From Candidatus Parcubacteria bacterium (GTDB lineage: Bacteria; Patescibacteriota; Microgenomatia; UBA12405): a stretch of DNA of 64,000 bases. The notes beneath the pieces were generated by a model. That model saw only the letters and a program-made list of their open reading frames with translations, was not told the DNA's origin and searched no databases. The translations under genes and the position numbers were made by a program. Below are positions 18,040-27,888 of this stretch, piece after piece. Position 1 is the first letter of the stretch; each line of letters opens with the position of its first letter. The stretch is taken from assembly GCA_023443725.1 (NCBI GenBank), contig JAEZTF010000007.1, positions 103,846-167,845 of the forward strand, given 5' to 3'.

Positions 18040-18086
18040 AAGTCTGTTATTTGGAAACTATTTATTAGTTTCCAGTTATCAGACTT
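18040..18086 (+). promoter_or_regulatory. 5' leader hairpin, copy 2 (AAGTCTGTTATTTGGAAA-loop-TTTCCAGTTATCAGACTT)
   Basis: Same architecture as 17204-17250. The outer stem differs (AGCTTG to AGTCTG) with compensatory changes on the 3' arm, and the internal mismatches fall at the same positions. Confidence 0.55.
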
Positions 18087-18170
18087 ACCTAAAAGGTAAA
18101 GTTTCTGTTGATATATATTTCCCCTTTATAACAGGCAAAACCTGATTTTATAGAAAGGAGGCGACACAAT

Positions 18171-18908
18171 ATGACGTCTCAGGCACACTGTAAAGGGTGT
18201 GGCCATTTTCTCTCTCGTGATGACCAAAGTAAAAAAGATGGCTACTGTCAAAAGTGCCGACTATCTATACTTTCAGGTCATAAGAACTCAAATAAAAAAA
18301 TGGAGGAAAAGAAAATGAGTACCATGAGTAATACCCAAAAATGGGTTATCGGCATCATTGTTGGGCTAGTTATCCTGACTGTAGGAATTCCCACCTTGAT
18401 CGCCGGAGGTCGTTTCGTAACCAATTCTGTGATCATTCCGGTATGGAATTGGGGGTTGGGTGTCAAAGCTACAACGCAAAACAACGCTGCCGTCGATACA
18501 CCCAAAACCGCTGCATCCAATGCAACTGCGCCCGCAGTACCAGCTGCAACATCTGCACCTGCAGTCATCGACAGTAATGCCGATACCACCGGTATGGTGA
18601 CAGAACAGAACTATGTTCCGCATCCCCGTCGCTATGAAGAGACCGGAATCGAAGGCACCAAGACATGGGAAAACCTTGTCGTCAATGACGATGAATACCT
18701 TGTTGTTGGTGGCGTGATCGTAAATGGAATCAAAGATGGTGTCTACCAAGGTTACGGCCCCGGTACATATACTGTTACGGTAACCAACGGCTTCATTTCC
18801 GTCGTCGATGACGATTGGGGTGATGAAGAATTCGATTTTCGTGTCGACCAAGCGATCCAATATGGTTGGGCACATGCTCATCTTAGCCGTGGAGTAATCC
18901 CCAACTAA
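18171..18908 (+). CDS. zinc-ribbon / single-TM / extracytoplasmic-domain protein, hypothetical (GC-rich, about 48%)
   Basis: AAAGGAGG lies 9 nt upstream. N-terminal CKGCGH...CQKC zinc ribbon, TM helix WVIGIIVGLVILTVGIPTLIAGG, an Ala/Pro/Thr-rich linker, then a 100-aa C-terminal domain. Anti-sigma-like topology. Many overlapping spurious ORFs on both strands reflect the high GC. Confidence 0.55.
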   Translation: MTSQAHCKGCGHFLSRDDQSKKDGYCQKCRLSILSGHKNSNKKMEEKKMSTMSNTQKWVIGIIVGLVILTVGIPTLIAGGRFVTNSVIIPVWNWGLGVKATTQNNAAVDTPKTAASNATAPAVPAATSAPAVIDSNADTTGMVTEQNYVPHPRRYEETGIEGTKTWENLVVNDDEYLVVGGVIVNGIKDGVYQGYGPGTYTVTVTNGFISVVDDDWGDEEFDFRVDQAIQYGWAHAHLSRGVIPN

Positions 18909-19070
18909 CTTCTACAGAAGAAGGGTCATGTACTTAAATGTACATAGTTGATTATGAATATGTTTTTGTAAGCGCTTGCTTACTAAAAACCTCTATTTAT
19001 ATTCAACTCCCTTTCTCTTATACCGATACACTCGGTACTGACGAGTCCCATTAGGACGAAAAGAGAAATT

Positions 19071-19952
19071 ATGAAAACTAAAAAACCATTAATTACTGTC
19101 TACATGCCAGTTTTTAATGCCGCCAAATTTTTAGACGAGTCAATTCAAAGTATTCTTAACCAAACTTTTTCTGATTTCGAGTTTATTATTATCGATGACG
19201 CTTCTACTGACAATTCTTGGAAAATTATTAAATCGTATGCTAAATCTGATAAACGTATTATTGCTATAAAAAATCATATCAATCTTGGAGTTAGTTTAAC
19301 CTCAAATATTGCTATATCCTACGCTCGCGGTAAATTTCTGGCTCGTATGGACGCTGATGATATCTCAGTTTCTAACCGTTTTGAAAAACAAATCAACTTT
19401 TTTAAAAAGCATTCTCAAGTTGTTGCTCTTGGTGGACAATGTTTTGTTATTGATGAAAATAATCAAAATATTGGAAACAAAAACTTCCCTACCAATTTCA
19501 AAAAATTATCCAAAATGATTTTTTGGGCAGTTCCAATTCAACAACCATCAATGATGGTAAATCTTAAATTATTACCTAAAAAATTCGTTTGGTATTCCCC
19601 CAACAAAACTTCTGCTGAAGAAATCGATTTAATGTTTCGATTCATGCTTTATGGACAAATCAATAATTTACCAGATTACTTGCTTTACTATAGACATTTA
19701 AATACCAGTTTGTCTCATCAAAATCCAAAAAAAACTTTCAACTTAACCATTAAAAGTCGACTAGGTGCTGTTAAGATGGGATTTAAACCAACTCTCCCTG
19801 CTATTTTATTAAACATTTGCCAAATTGTTGTTATTTCTATACTTCCAAATTCTGTGATAAATCAAATCTGGTCATTTGTTCGTGGTATTAATAAAACCCC
19901 AACATCTAAACTACAGTATAATTCTCTTAATGAAACTGTTATCAAGGCTTAA
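19071..19952 (+). CDS. family-2 glycosyltransferase (GT-A fold)
   Basis: ITVYMPVFNAAKFLDESIQSILNQTFSDFEFIIIDDASTDNS with a DDA/DxD motif. Confidence 0.8.
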   Translation: MKTKKPLITVYMPVFNAAKFLDESIQSILNQTFSDFEFIIIDDASTDNSWKIIKSYAKSDKRIIAIKNHINLGVSLTSNIAISYARGKFLARMDADDISVSNRFEKQINFFKKHSQVVALGGQCFVIDENNQNIGNKNFPTNFKKLSKMIFWAVPIQQPSMMVNLKLLPKKFVWYSPNKTSAEEIDLMFRFMLYGQINNLPDYLLYYRHLNTSLSHQNPKKTFNLTIKSRLGAVKMGFKPTLPAILLNICQIVVISILPNSVINQIWSFVRGINKTPTSKLQYNSLNETVIKA

Positions 19953-22425
19953 GCCATTTTTTGATATCATCGGTCTTTCGATTGTTCTAATAATAATTTT
20001 TATCGTCAATTTTAAAAATCAAACTTGGTTAATTGGTTGGGATAATCTCATACCGGAACTAAATATCGGCATGAATATCAAAAGATCTATTTTAGCCGTT
20101 TGGCAACAATATCAAGGTTTAGGTTTAATCGGAGGCATGGGTCATGCCTCTGATCTAATTCGACAAATTTTGATATTCCCCTTAACTCTATTTTTACCCA
20201 CTAATCTAGTTCGTTATTTGTGGCATTTTTTCTGTCTTAGTTTGGGTACTTTTGGTATTTATTTTGGTCTTAAAAATTATCTTAAATTCTCTAAAACAAT
20301 TTGTTTCTTATCGTCTCTTTTTTATCTTCTAAATTTTGGAACTATTCAAAATTTTTGGGTTCCCTTTGAGCCATTTTCTACTTTTTGGGGATTTTTTCCT
20401 TGGTTAATATTTAGTTTATTAAATTATCTCGATAAACCAAATCGACACAACTTAATCAAATTACTTTTAGTAAACCTACTAGCTATACCTAGCTTTTACG
20501 TTCCCACTATTTTTATCGTTTATTCATTGTGTTTATTTTGTATTTTAATTTCTAATTTAGTTGTTAATAAAAAAATTAATATTAAATCATTTTTAATGAT
20601 TTTATTAGTTAATTCTTTCTGGCTTCTACCATTTTTATATTTTGTCAAAAACGATATTTATAATCCTCAATTAGCTTTTGGAAACAAAATGGCTACAGAA
20701 GAAACTTTTTTAAGAAATCAAAATCGAGGTCATTTATCTGATTTTTTATTACTTCGAGGTTATTATTACGATCTCAATAGCAATGATTCATCTATAATGG
20801 ATATTTGGCGTCAACATTTTTCCTTCCCTATTTTAATTATTGGTTATTTAATCTCTTTAATTGTCTTTCTTGGATTAACAAAGGTAATAATTTCCTTCAA
20901 AGAAAATCGTTATTTTAAATTAGGAATAATATTAATATTTTTACTTACTGCAATTGCTCTTTTATCCAAAACCCTTCCTTTTCTATATGTCAATCAACTA
21001 TTACGAAATATACCAGTAATTAATCAAACTTTTCGTTCTCCTTTTACTAAATTCATAGTTCCCGGAATTTTTTCTTTCACTATTTTCCTATCATTTGGTC
21101 TTAAATTTATTCAAGAAATATTATTAAAACATAAAAAAATATTTTTATTTTTTTCGATAATCATATTTTCTTTTCTCATAACCTTCTCTTTTCCTGTTTT
21201 CACTGGTAATTTGTTCTATTTCAAAATGCGTCAACAAATTCCAAAAGAATATTTTGATTTAATTAATTATTTTAAAACTCAACCACAAGATGATCGTATT
21301 ATGAATCTCCCTTCTGGTGATTTCTGGGGTTGGACCAATTATCGTTTTGGTGTCAATGGTTCCGGGTTCATTTGGTATGGTATTCAGCAACCAATACTAG
21401 ACCGTGCTTTTGATGTTTGGAATCTAAAAAACGAAGTTTATTATCGAGAATTAAATTATTGTCTCCAAAAGAAAGATTCTAATTGCTTATCTCTATTAAT
21501 AGACAAATATGCTATTTCTCAAATTATGTTTGATAACAATGTTTATTTTCCAAATCAAAAAATATATTCTAAATTAGCTACACCCACAAAGGAACTATTA
21601 AAAAAAATTCCATCTCTAAAGAAAACTCAAGAATTCGGCAATATAACTATTTATCAAAAAAATCAGCATACTCAACCATATACTATTACTCAGCTAGAAA
21701 CGATTAATCTGATTCCACAACAAATAACCAATCCAAAATTGATTATTTCTGATTCAAATAAAATAATTTTCAACAACACTACTCCTAATAACCTTAAGTC
21801 AAAATACTATCCTAACATTACTTTTAATAAATCATATTTAATTAAAATTACATATAAAAATATATCTGGGTACCCTCTTGTCATTAGCGCAGTCAGTGAA
21901 AAATCAAATTTATTATTTTTTACTCAAAAATTATCTCAAAATAAGGATTGGCAAACTGATGAATTTATTATTCCTCAAATGACTGACGAATTTGGACAAG
22001 AGTTAACCATTATTTTTAATAATTCTAGTTTCAATAAATCAGCTTCAATTAATGAAATTAAAAATATCGAAATATATCAAATAGATCAAGAAGTACCTAC
22101 AATAATTACTAATAACAAAACTATACTTTCTTGTTCTTCTAATATTTTTATTTACAAAATAAATCCTATTAATAATTTACAAAATCAATATCTAATTCTT
22201 CCTCAATCTTTTCATAAGGGTTGGATCGCTTTTTATTTTGACCATTTTAAACCAATATTTTTATCAAATCATATTCTTTATAATAATTGGGCCAACGCTT
22301 GGGCCATTCCCTCTTCTTATAACCTATCATCAAAAATATATGTCCTCTTTTGGCCTCAAATTTTTGAATTTATTGGAATCGGATTAACTACTTTTGTATT
22401 ATTTCTAACACTTAAGAAAAAATAA
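19876..22425 (+). CDS. large polytopic membrane protein (12+ TM) with C-terminal extracytoplasmic domain, putative GT-C-type (YfhO/ArnT-like) glycosyltransferase
   Basis: 849-aa ORF with N-terminal 500 aa of hydrophobic helices and a C-terminal 300-aa soluble domain. Overlaps the GT2 gene, and the true start may be Met at about 19930. Family assignment is an inference. Confidence 0.45.
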   Translation: MFVVLIKPQHLNYSIILLMKLLSRLKPFFDIIGLSIVLIIIFIVNFKNQTWLIGWDNLIPELNIGMNIKRSILAVWQQYQGLGLIGGMGHASDLIRQILIFPLTLFLPTNLVRYLWHFFCLSLGTFGIYFGLKNYLKFSKTICFLSSLFYLLNFGTIQNFWVPFEPFSTFWGFFPWLIFSLLNYLDKPNRHNLIKLLLVNLLAIPSFYVPTIFIVYSLCLFCILISNLVVNKKINIKSFLMILLVNSFWLLPFLYFVKNDIYNPQLAFGNKMATEETFLRNQNRGHLSDFLLLRGYYYDLNSNDSSIMDIWRQHFSFPILIIGYLISLIVFLGLTKVIISFKENRYFKLGIILIFLLTAIALLSKTLPFLYVNQLLRNIPVINQTFRSPFTKFIVPGIFSFTIFLSFGLKFIQEILLKHKKIFLFFSIIIFSFLITFSFPVFTGNLFYFKMRQQIPKEYFDLINYFKTQPQDDRIMNLPSGDFWGWTNYRFGVNGSGFIWYGIQQPILDRAFDVWNLKNEVYYRELNYCLQKKDSNCLSLLIDKYAISQIMFDNNVYFPNQKIYSKLATPTKELLKKIPSLKKTQEFGNITIYQKNQHTQPYTITQLETINLIPQQITNPKLIISDSNKIIFNNTTPNNLKSKYYPNITFNKSYLIKITYKNISGYPLVISAVSEKSNLLFFTQKLSQNKDWQTDEFIIPQMTDEFGQELTIIFNNSSFNKSASINEIKNIEIYQIDQEVPTIITNNKTILSCSSNIFIYKINPINNLQNQYLILPQSFHKGWIAFYFDHFKPIFLSNHILYNNWANAWAIPSSYNLSSKIYVLFWPQIFEFIGIGLTTFVLFLTLKKK

Positions 22426-23566
22426 TTTTCGCTATTTTATTTCCTAATTCTTCAAATTCTTTTTCTTTCCAACCTTTAGTCGTCATCGCTGGAGTTCCAA
22501 TTCGAATTCCTGATGGTTTAAAAGGACCAGCTTTGTCGTGAGGAATTGTATTAGCATTACAAACTATTCCATTTTCTTCAAGTTTAACAGCTATTTCTTT
22601 TCCTCTTCCCTCGCCTACATCGACTACCATCAAATGATTTTCTGTCCCAAAAACTTTTAAACCATTTTTCTTTAAAGTTTCTGCTAAAACTTTGGCATTT
22701 TTAATTACTTGAAGAGAATAGTCTTTAAACTCTTGAGTGTCTGCTTCAGCAAAAGCCACTGCTAAAGCGGCAATATTATTTTCATGTGGACCACCTTGAA
22801 GCCCTGGGAAAACTGCTTTATCAATCTTTTCAATTAATTTATCATCTTTCTCTAATCCTTTCTTTGTAACCCCTATAAAGGCTCCTCGCGGACCTCTTAA
22901 ACTTTTGTGAGTTGTACTCATGATTAGATGAACATAATTTACTGGACTTGGATGAACTCCACCCACTATCAATCCAATAATATGTGACACATCAGCCACC
23001 AACCAGGCTCCAACTTTGTCTGCAATTTTGCCAAATTTTTCAAAATCCAAAATCCACGGATAAGCCGTCGTCCCTGCCATAATCATTTTTGGTTTCTCTT
23101 TTAAAACTAATTCTTCCAGCTTTTCATAATCAATTCGACCATCTTCTTCGACATCATATTGAACACTTTCAAAAAATTTACCTGAAAAAGTAATTTTTGG
23201 ATGTCCATGAGTTAAATGTCCTCCAGCCGACAATTTAAGCCCACAAATTTTATCCCCTCTTTCAAGAAGTGCCATTTGGATCGCGCTATTAGCTGGACTT
23301 CCAGAATAAGGCTGAACATTTAAATGCTCCACTCCTAAAAGTTTTTTACCCCTATTAATAGCCAAATTCTCAATTTCATCAATAAATTTATTTCCTTGAT
23401 AATACCTTCGACCAGGATAGCCTTCAGCATATTTATTGGTTAAACAACTTCCAATTGCCATCACCACTTCCTCTGAAGCAAAGTTTTCTGATGGAATTAA
23501 TGAAACGACTTCATCTTGTCGTTCTTCTTCTTTTTTAATTAAATCTCTTATTTGTTTATCGATCAT
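22412..23566 (-). CDS. glyA: serine hydroxymethyltransferase
   Basis: SLIPSENFASEEVVMAIGSCLTNKYAEGYPGRRYYQG and the PLP-binding region TTHKSLRGPRG. Confidence 0.9.
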   Translation of the reverse strand: MIDKQIRDLIKKEEERQDEVVSLIPSENFASEEVVMAIGSCLTNKYAEGYPGRRYYQGNKFIDEIENLAINRGKKLLGVEHLNVQPYSGSPANSAIQMALLERGDKICGLKLSAGGHLTHGHPKITFSGKFFESVQYDVEEDGRIDYEKLEELVLKEKPKMIMAGTTAYPWILDFEKFGKIADKVGAWLVADVSHIIGLIVGGVHPSPVNYVHLIMSTTHKSLRGPRGAFIGVTKKGLEKDDKLIEKIDKAVFPGLQGGPHENNIAALAVAFAEADTQEFKDYSLQVIKNAKVLAETLKKNGLKVFGTENHLMVVDVGEGRGKEIAVKLEENGIVCNANTIPHDKAGPFKPSGIRIGTPAMTTKGWKEKEFEELGNKIAKIIFS

Positions 23567-23629
23567 AATATATTTTCAAAATTAATAACTCAAAACCAGA
23601 CGACGTTTTCTTTATATCATAGTCCCATT

Positions 23630-24622
23630 TTACAATAATTTATTTTGTTGTTCCCATTTAAACAAATCTCCCAAAGATCTTTCTGTATGAACTCGTTTAA
23701 TAATTTTGGCCAAAAGTGGAGCTACTGAAATTATTGTCATCCCTTTAAATCGTTTATGTTTTGGAATTGGTACTGTATCCAAAAATATTACTTTATCTGC
23801 TGCACAGTTTTTTAGTCTTTCAACTGCTTCTCCATTTAAAAATCCATGAGTAGCTCCAATTATAATTTTTTTAGCTCCAAATTTTTTGACTGCTTCTACT
23901 GCCCCCACAATTGATCCACCACCGTCAACCATATCATCAATTAAAAGAGCAGTTTTATTTTTTACATCTCCTACTACATGAGCCGCTTCAGACATTCCAT
24001 GACCAGTCCTAACTTTATCTACAATCGCAATTTGAGTTCCCAAAAGATCAGCTACTTTATGGGTTTTTTTGGCTGCTCCAATATCAGGAGCCACTACTAT
24101 TAAATCTTTATATTTTTTCTTTTGCACATATTTTGCAATCAATGGATATCCCATTAAATGATCCACTGGAATATTGTAAAAACCCTGAATTTGAGAAGCA
24201 TGTAAATCAACAGTAATTAATCTTTCTACTCCAGCTACAGTAATTAAGTCAGCTACTAATTTGGCTGAAATTGGTTCATGTGATTCCACTTTTCGATCCT
24301 GACGTGAATAACATAAATTTGGACAGACAATGTTAATTCGACCAGCCGAAGATCTTTTTAAAGCATCAATAATAATCAATAATTCCATTAAACTATCATT
24401 TACATTATCTCCAAAAGTCTGAATTACGAAAATATCATCACCTCTTACTTTCTTCCCAATCCTTACATATATTTCACTATTTAAAAACTTTTTTATTACC
24501 ATTGGTGTCAATGGTAAATCCATCTTTTTAGAAATTTTTTCAGCTAATTCTGGGTGTGAACTTCCGGCTATTAACTGAATACCTTTCATAAGATTATTTT
24601 TCTCCTTTTTAATTCTAACCAA
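23630..24622 (-). CDS. prs: ribose-phosphate pyrophosphokinase
   Basis: DLHASQIQGFYNIPVDHL and the PRPP-binding loop. The start may be Met at 24589, which would abut the tmk stop. Confidence 0.9.
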   Translation of the reverse strand: MVRIKKEKNNLMKGIQLIAGSSHPELAEKISKKMDLPLTPMVIKKFLNSEIYVRIGKKVRGDDIFVIQTFGDNVNDSLMELLIIIDALKRSSAGRINIVCPNLCYSRQDRKVESHEPISAKLVADLITVAGVERLITVDLHASQIQGFYNIPVDHLMGYPLIAKYVQKKKYKDLIVVAPDIGAAKKTHKVADLLGTQIAIVDKVRTGHGMSEAAHVVGDVKNKTALLIDDMVDGGGSIVGAVEAVKKFGAKKIIIGATHGFLNGEAVERLKNCAADKVIFLDTVPIPKHKRFKGMTIISVAPLLAKIIKRVHTERSLGDLFKWEQQNKLL

Positions 24623-25272
24623 ATAATTTCATTAATTTCTTCCATGGGTAATAATTTACCATCTCTACAACAATCAATTATCAACCATCGATCAGGTTCT
24701 TTTTTCGCCATTTTTTCATATTCCTTAGCTGTTTCCATTTGATGATTAAAGTTTGATTCTGCCTGATCCATCGCCTCTTGACCAGTATAATTTCTTTTGG
24801 CTTTTTTTAAAATATTTTCTCGACAAATTTCTGGAGCTACCGACATAACCAGAATTAAATCTGGTTTGATAATTCCCATTTGATTGTATCCTGCTTCCCA
24901 TAGCCAATCAGCATATTTTTCTCTCTCATTTTCTGGTTGCTTGGCAATTTGATGAACATTTGATGTGAAATATCTATTGGAAACAACCATTTTCCCGATC
25001 TTTAAAGCTGGACCAATTATTTTTTTACTTCCATCTGCTTCATCAAGCATATATGGTAAAACTGCCAAATATGGACTAATTGTGAACAATTCTCCAAATT
25101 CACCCGTCAGTAATCGACCTACTTGTTTGCCCCAAAAACCAGTTTCATAATGAGGATAATCATCGGTCACCAAATCAACACCTTCTTTTTTTAATCTGTC
25201 CACCAACAATTCCGTTTGTGTTCCTTTTCCTGAACCATCAATTCCTTCAATAACTATAAATTTTCCTTTCAT
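24586..25272 (-). CDS. tmk: thymidylate kinase
   Basis: KFIVIEGIDGSGKGTQ P-loop and overall dTMP-kinase pattern. Confidence 0.85.
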   Translation of the reverse strand: MKGKFIVIEGIDGSGKGTQTELLVDRLKKEGVDLVTDDYPHYETGFWGKQVGRLLTGEFGELFTISPYLAVLPYMLDEADGSKKIIGPALKIGKMVVSNRYFTSNVHQIAKQPENEREKYADWLWEAGYNQMGIIKPDLILVMSVAPEICRENILKKAKRNYTGQEAMDQAESNFNHQMETAKEYEKMAKKEPDRWLIIDCCRDGKLLPMEEINEIIWLELKRRKIIL

Positions 25273-25994
25273 TTTTTTATTCTTGATTTTAATTCACAAC
25301 CTTTAATCGTTTTCCATAAACCACAGCTCATATTCCCTTCCCAGCAAATACCTTCAGAAATACAACTAGCTCCAGCATTTTCAAATATTTTTGGTGCCAC
25401 TTTTTTAACTTCAGCCAACATTAAATTAGATAATATTCTTATTTCCCATTGAGCTCTCAGACAACATCTTTCTCTAAAGAAATTTAATAAGGATCTAGCA
25501 TTCATTGTTACTACGATTTTTGTTTGACAAGCATTTGGCAATATAAATCTAGCATCTTCTGGTTTGACTCCATCTTTTATTAAACCTCGATACTCAGATT
25601 CAATTAAATCCATTGTTTTTTTATATTTTTCTAAAAGATTTTTATCTTTTTTTATTTCCGGTGGTACAACATAACCTAAATCACTTTTACTTAAATCAAC
25701 ATATCTTTGAGATTGTTGTGAAAAAGAAGCTATTCTATGACGAACCAATTGATGAGAACAAGCTCGACTAATTCCTTCTATTGCAAAGGTAAAAACAGCA
25801 TGTTCAATCGTCGATGTGTGACCAGATTCAACCACTTGATTAATCAATCTATTTCTCGTTTCTTCTGTAGTTTTTTCTTTTAATTCCTCTGCACCAACAG
25901 CACTGTAACATTGTCTAATTGCTGCTACTACATTTTGTTCAGGATTTAACGTATGACTCAAAAGTATTACCTTAATTTTTTCTTCTTTTGCCAT
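25269..25994 (-). CDS. thyX: flavin-dependent thymidylate synthase
   Basis: ThyX motif RHRIASFSQQSQRY (RHRxxxxxS). Confidence 0.85.
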   Translation of the reverse strand: MAKEEKIKVILLSHTLNPEQNVVAAIRQCYSAVGAEELKEKTTEETRNRLINQVVESGHTSTIEHAVFTFAIEGISRACSHQLVRHRIASFSQQSQRYVDLSKSDLGYVVPPEIKKDKNLLEKYKKTMDLIESEYRGLIKDGVKPEDARFILPNACQTKIVVTMNARSLLNFFRERCCLRAQWEIRILSNLMLAEVKKVAPKIFENAGASCISEGICWEGNMSCGLWKTIKGCELKSRIKK

Positions 25995-26141
25995 TTTTTT
26001 AATCTTTTTTAATTCTGACCAAATTTAAACTTAAATCAACCTAAAATCAATCGTAAAAACTATATCAAATCAACAAATTGTGTTTTTAAATTATTTGGTT
26101 ATAATAATTCAATTTGCCTATATTTTAATAATTTAAATTTT

Positions 26142-26861
26142 ATGGAAAGAACAACAGTATTTAGTTCTCGCATTATTGAAAATAGTTTATCTTATTTAAG
26201 AAACAAAGATACCGAGCTGCCTGATTTTAGAAAACATGCCGATATAATTTCCATTGGAGTTGGCTATCAATTAGCAGAAATTATTTTACCTCCACTTATA
26301 ACTCGTCAAATTGAAACTCCATTAATGGAAACATCAGCCAACTTTACTGATTCTAGTAAATTTCTTTTTGTGGCTATTCTTCGATCTGGATATCCACTCT
26401 GTCGAGGTATTCAAACATCTTTTCCTGATTCAAAACTAGCTCTTGTAGACATAAAACGAGACGAAAAAACTGCTAAACCTAAATTAAATTACAACGGTCT
26501 TCCAGCTGATCTTGATCAATATAAAATTATTATTCCCGATCCAATGTTAGCCACTGGAGGTTCTTTATCAATGGCTATAAGTGAACTTAAAATGAGAGGA
26601 GCTAAAGATATTACTGCTGGTTGTATAATTGCTGCTCCTGAAGGTATTAGCCGTATAAATGAAGATCATCCTGATGTTAATATTTTCACTTGTGCAATTG
26701 ATGAAGGTCTGAATAAAGTATTTTATATTTATCCAGGGTTAGGCGATTTTGGCGATCGTTATTATGGAAACACTAGTCCATCATTCTATGATGAAATTAA
26801 TCAAAGAACTTTAAAGTACCAACCTGATGGTACTTTTTACACCCTCCCCGGAAAAATTTGA
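26142..26861 (+). CDS. upp: uracil phosphoribosyltransferase
   Basis: IIIPDPMLATGGS and YPGLGDFGDRYYG motifs. Confidence 0.8.
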   Translation: MERTTVFSSRIIENSLSYLRNKDTELPDFRKHADIISIGVGYQLAEIILPPLITRQIETPLMETSANFTDSSKFLFVAILRSGYPLCRGIQTSFPDSKLALVDIKRDEKTAKPKLNYNGLPADLDQYKIIIPDPMLATGGSLSMAISELKMRGAKDITAGCIIAAPEGISRINEDHPDVNIFTCAIDEGLNKVFYIYPGLGDFGDRYYGNTSPSFYDEINQRTLKYQPDGTFYTLPGKI

Positions 26862-26901
26862 TAAATATATCAAAGAGATTCAATAAAGATATCAAAAGAT
26901 A

Positions 26902-27852
26902 TCAATCTTTTGAATAGGTAATTTTTAGACCACATGATGGACAAACACTAGCCCCATCTTTTAATTCAGTACCACAAGGACAAAAACTTTTTCCATCTCT
27001 AATCTCCGGTTTTACTGATATTTCAGATTTAGAAAATAACTTATCAAAACTACTTTCTAATTGATCACTATTAAGACCACCATGGTTTCCTCCTTCTATT
27101 TGATAACCTCTCACTTTCATCATTCTTTCTAAAAATGCTCCAGTGTGAATTGAATTATTTTCAGTAAAACCACCAAATCTAACTTTTATATCTTCTAATG
27201 TTTCATTGATTACAGTTTCTATTTCTTTTTTTCTACAAATATCTTTGCCTTGTCTAACCACATTCCAAACTTCTTCAACACCAAAAACACTTTCACAAAA
27301 ATTCCATAATTCTTCTTCGTTCTTAATACCAAACTTTAAACCCAATGCTTGTTCTCTCAAATCCTCCACTTGTTTTATCTCTCCAACAGAATCACCTCCA
27401 AATTCAATTATCTTATTTGCCATTAACCACATTTCGTTTGGTTTATTAAAAAGTGGTATACCTCGACAATTAATTTTTATTTGGTTACTATCTTCAACAA
27501 TACCAACTACAATCCTACCGTCTTCATAATCACTTCTTCCTCCACTTGGACTTATCCAAAAAATATATTTACATCCACTCTTTGCCAATTTCCAAATATT
27601 CTTCATTCCCTCATATTCAGCTTTTCCAATTTCACTATTCAGTTCACAACGAAAATTTGGATTACCGTTAATATCAAAACTTAATTCGTAAGGATTAACT
27701 CTTTTTTCAATCTCTTCTACTCCATTTTCCAAAAAAACTCCAGCCAGTTCAGACAAATCTCCATGTTGTCTTTCTAAAGTAATTAAACGCTGTTCTTTTC
27801 CCATATTCTTCTGCTCGGAAGTTTCAGGCTCGGGCTTTAACCGTTGCGGCAC
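26902..27852 (-). CDS. hypothetical protein with C-terminal zinc ribbon
   Basis: 316 aa. C-terminus CPCGTELKDGASVCPSCG. No other recognisable domain. Confidence 0.4.
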   Translation of the reverse strand: MPQRLKPEPETSEQKNMGKEQRLITLERQHGDLSELAGVFLENGVEEIEKRVNPYELSFDINGNPNFRCELNSEIGKAEYEGMKNIWKLAKSGCKYIFWISPSGGRSDYEDGRIVVGIVEDSNQIKINCRGIPLFNKPNEMWLMANKIIEFGGDSVGEIKQVEDLREQALGLKFGIKNEEELWNFCESVFGVEEVWNVVRQGKDICRKKEIETVINETLEDIKVRFGGFTENNSIHTGAFLERMMKVRGYQIEGGNHGGLNSDQLESSFDKLFSKSEISVKPEIRDGKSFCPCGTELKDGASVCPSCGLKITYSKD

Positions 27853-27888
27853 AGCTTGGGAATTACACCCAATTCAAGAAAATTAAAT

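Noticed and set aside
18278-18881. Cluster of overlapping ORFs on both strands (103, 78 and 171 aa) inside gene 18171-18908
   Set aside because: They are an artefact of the local high GC (few stop codons). Only the frame with the SD, N-terminal Zn ribbon and TM helix is coherent.
26862-26905. AGATATCAA triple repeat between upp and the convergent downstream gene
   Set aside because: It folds as a simple bidirectional terminator hairpin (AAAGAT...ATCTTT). It is most likely just a terminator, not a repeat element.
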